From assembly GCA_964106645.2 (NCBI GenBank), contig OZ067050.1: a stretch of 64,000 nt of DNA; one strand, given 5' to 3'. The position numbers and the translations under genes were made by a program. This stretch comes from Podarcis pityusensis (lineage: Eukaryota). Below the pieces are notes generated by a model. That model was given only the letters and a program-made list of their open reading frames with translations. It made no database searches and had not been told where the DNA came from. Shown piece after piece: positions 61,500 to 64,000 of this stretch; positions within the stretch are counted from its first letter, which is position 1, and every line of letters begins with the position of its first letter.

Positions 61500-63206
61500 T
61501 CACACCCCCACTTCACGCCCTCTGTTGTCGTCATCCTTCTCCTCCGACTCCTCAGAGCACACTTCTTCGTGGCTTTCCTCTTCCTTCTCCCCGCACATTC
61601 TCTGGCAGCTCTCGTTCCAGCACATCCGCAGGTGGAAGTAGCCGGCGCAGGTGATGATGAAAAGGATGGAGGTGAAAACCAGCCCCCACAGCGCCACCCG
61701 CTTCTCAGCCCTGCCATTTATGGTGCACTCAATTCTCTGCTGGCACCTGGTAGTCGACGGGGTGCATACCCAATACGCACTCCAGAGCCTGGGCATCTGG
61801 AAGATGAAAATGACACAGAGGAAAGAGATCTCCAAGGCAAGGATAAGTCCCACCCAGATATCAAAGAGGGGGACACCACAGATGTTAGTGATCCTGGGCC
61901 TCTTCTTCCGCCTAGAAGAAGATTCTCTGTGTCGGTCATGGTGGTGGGCAGCTTCACACGGCGGGGTCGCGTGACATGGCTCAGCCTCGGTGCATGTGCA
62001 GGCCGTGTCTCCATGGTAACACAGCATCGGTCCGGCAGCCATGCCTGGTCCGGACATGACCTGTGCCTGGCCAACGGGTTTGCAGTGGGAGTCTCCAGCC
62101 ATCCATGGCTGGTTGCACACATTGCCTCCAAAGTTCCCATCACTCCCGCCTGTGGTGTCAAAGGTTACGTGGCGCTGGCCGTGCACCTTACACCCCTGAG
62201 CTGGCCTGCGTTTGATGGCCATGTTTGCTTTGTCATCTACCCAGGGATGGGCAGGGACATAGCCCATGCTGCCTTCGGTGTCTGACTTGCATTTGGTGGC
62301 CGTGCGGTATTTGCCATCATCATGGATACCTTGGCCGATGTATCTTTTAGGTGTGCCCATAGCATACCCATCATTAGCTAAACCACCCGATTCTTGAGGG
62401 TTGGCGTATCTCCAATGGAGGGGTTCTCTGTGCTCGTCACCTGACCAAGACTGAGGGGACATTTTGCCTTTGTAAGGTGAGCCGCTAAGGGAGGCCGAGG
62501 TGCTCTTGGTGGCCACGTGGCACTGCTCCTTTTCGCCACAATAGGATGCCGCAGTGGTTTGCCTCATGTGACCTTGATGTGCGGCCATCTTGGTTTGCCT
62601 AGTGTCCGTTGGACCGTAGCTCACACTGGGGCCATACCCTTCAGCCATGGGAGCCGCATGCCCCCCATGCCAATCATCCCAGTGGGTATAGTAAGGATGG
62701 TGGGCATGGTGGCGATGGTGGGCATGGTCGTGGCCATAGTGCCTAGGGAGACCACGGCGCCCAACATTGTAGATGGTGGATATGTCGGGGACGCCACTGT
62801 GGGATGCTGTGGCAACAATGGCCAAGCCTTCCCCTTTATCCCTATCCTCTTTCTCTCTCCTCTTCTTCTTCTTCTTCTCCTTGGGGGTGGTGAGCCGCAG
62901 GAGCCCTACGAGAAGGATCAACGCGATGAATACCAGCCCCCATGTTGCTGCGATGGAGACGGGAAAATGTTGGTTGTAGCACAGGGCTGTGCAGAAGTCT
63001 CGCGACAGGTCGCCTTCGCCCTCGGTGATACTGCAGCTGGTGTCGTCTTTGATCTTGTCCCAGGGGCCGTTGGCGAAGAAGATGGCCATGATGCGGAGGC
63101 CCAGCAGGAAGTACCATGGGTTCAAGCCCTCGCAGTCGAGTGCACCGGAGAGGGAGGATAGCAATGGTCGAAAGAGATGGATAAGACCTGAGAGGATGAT
63201 GGACAT
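61500..63206 (-). CDS. Highly divergent connexin-like four-TM protein, 568 aa
   Basis: Intact single-exon ORF with a splice acceptor directly before the ATG. TM1 LGLRIMAIFF-W, EL1 C-x13-C-x3-CYNQHFPVS, TM2, loop of roughly 330 aa, TM3 LEISFL, EL2 C-x6-C-x5-C...RAEK, TM4, short acidic tail. Confidence 0.8.
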   Translation of the reverse strand: MSIILSGLIHLFRPLLSSLSGALDCEGLNPWYFLLGLRIMAIFFANGPWDKIKDDTSCSITEGEGDLSRDFCTALCYNQHFPVSIAATWGLVFIALILLVGLLRLTTPKEKKKKKRREKEDRDKGEGLAIVATASHSGVPDISTIYNVGRRGLPRHYGHDHAHHRHHAHHPYYTHWDDWHGGHAAPMAEGYGPSVSYGPTDTRQTKMAAHQGHMRQTTAASYCGEKEQCHVATKSTSASLSGSPYKGKMSPQSWSGDEHREPLHWRYANPQESGGLANDGYAMGTPKRYIGQGIHDDGKYRTATKCKSDTEGSMGYVPAHPWVDDKANMAIKRRPAQGCKVHGQRHVTFDTTGGSDGNFGGNVCNQPWMAGDSHCKPVGQAQVMSGPGMAAGPMLCYHGDTACTCTEAEPCHATPPCEAAHHHDRHRESSSRRKKRPRITNICGVPLFDIWVGLILALEISFLCVIFIFQMPRLWSAYWVCTPSTTRCQQRIECTINGRAEKRVALWGLVFTSILFIITCAGYFHLRMCWNESCQRMCGEKEEESHEEVCSEESEEKDDDNRGREVGV

Positions 63207-64000
63207 CTGTGGAGAGACAGGGGTAGGGGTGGGAAAGGGGAGGTTAGGCCTCAGGCAGGAACCTGCATTGGAATTCTACCCAGGGCCAGCACTGGGATTT
63301 GGTACCACTGGGCAATAACTGAGGTACACTCCACAACAGAGGCCCCACTGTCGACCCACAGAGCCTTTAGCCCCCTCCTTGCCCTCACTTCTTGTTCACC
63401 TGCCCTATGCAAGCAACCACACAAGCGAAGAGAGGAAGTGGCTCTCTATATCTGCCTTGCCTTCTCCTTCTGGGTGTTAGCCACGTTGGGTTCATGGCAA
63501 AAAAATGGGGAGCAGGCACTGTGACATAGAGAAGATGGACTTGCTCGGGGAGGGGTGCCCACAGAAGGCCTCCTGCCCCCCTCAAATCTAGTCAATGTGC
63601 TTGCATTATTTGGGGTGAACCAAACTGGGCTGTGGGGCGAAGGGGAAAAGCACAGAACTCTCTTCCTCAGCTTCCAGGGTGGACATAGGAAGAGCCCCAG
63701 CAGATCAGGCCAAAGGCCCATCTAGTCCTGCAGCTGTCAGGCTTCAGGGAATCAGCTTCCTCCCCCATGGCCGTAAATGAGCAGATCAAGCAAAAGGAGT
63801 TCTTACCAGTTAGTTTCTTTAATAAACACAGCGAAGAACGAAAGAGAGCGTCTACCCAGAATGGAGGTACTCCCAATTAAGGGTCACTCCCCCCTCCATC
63901 CCTATTAATCTACTTCACTCCTACGTCTTGTATTCTGGGTTTGTAGCCTCTGGGCTTTCTGTTCTTACATTTTCTGAGCTCTCCATGACTTTGGAGATGG

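Noticed and set aside
61569-63161. Plus-strand 238-aa and 214-aa ORFs
   Set aside because: Antisense shadows of the connexin-like CDS.

Overview
Vertebrate genomic DNA from a squamate, probably a lacertid lizard (Sauria SINE, Bov-B/RTE, CR1, L1, L2 and many Tc1/mariner and hAT MITEs). The gene content matches the human 16p11.2 SPN-QPRT-C16orf54-ZG16 neighbourhood. In order: ZG16 (minus strand, 3 coding exons); a decayed SENP6 retrocopy; an intact 11-coding-exon type-I nemo-like kinase (the paralogue reported absent from mammals) with a U12-type intron; C16orf54; a young, internally deleted chromoviral Gypsy element; a short tail-less SPN/CD43 duplicate; full-length SPN; and a single-exon, highly divergent connexin-like gene (minus strand). 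QPRT was not seen. The four most notable observations: (1) the 568-aa connexin-like protein with altered cysteine spacing and a very large His-rich loop; (2) the CD43 duplicate, which looks GPI-anchored and whose retroelement insertion appears removable by an in-frame intron; (3) LEDGF/TND-binding-like FxGF motifs after the Gypsy chromodomain; (4) an 11-nt self-priming site in that element. All homology calls are from recalled sequences, not database searches.
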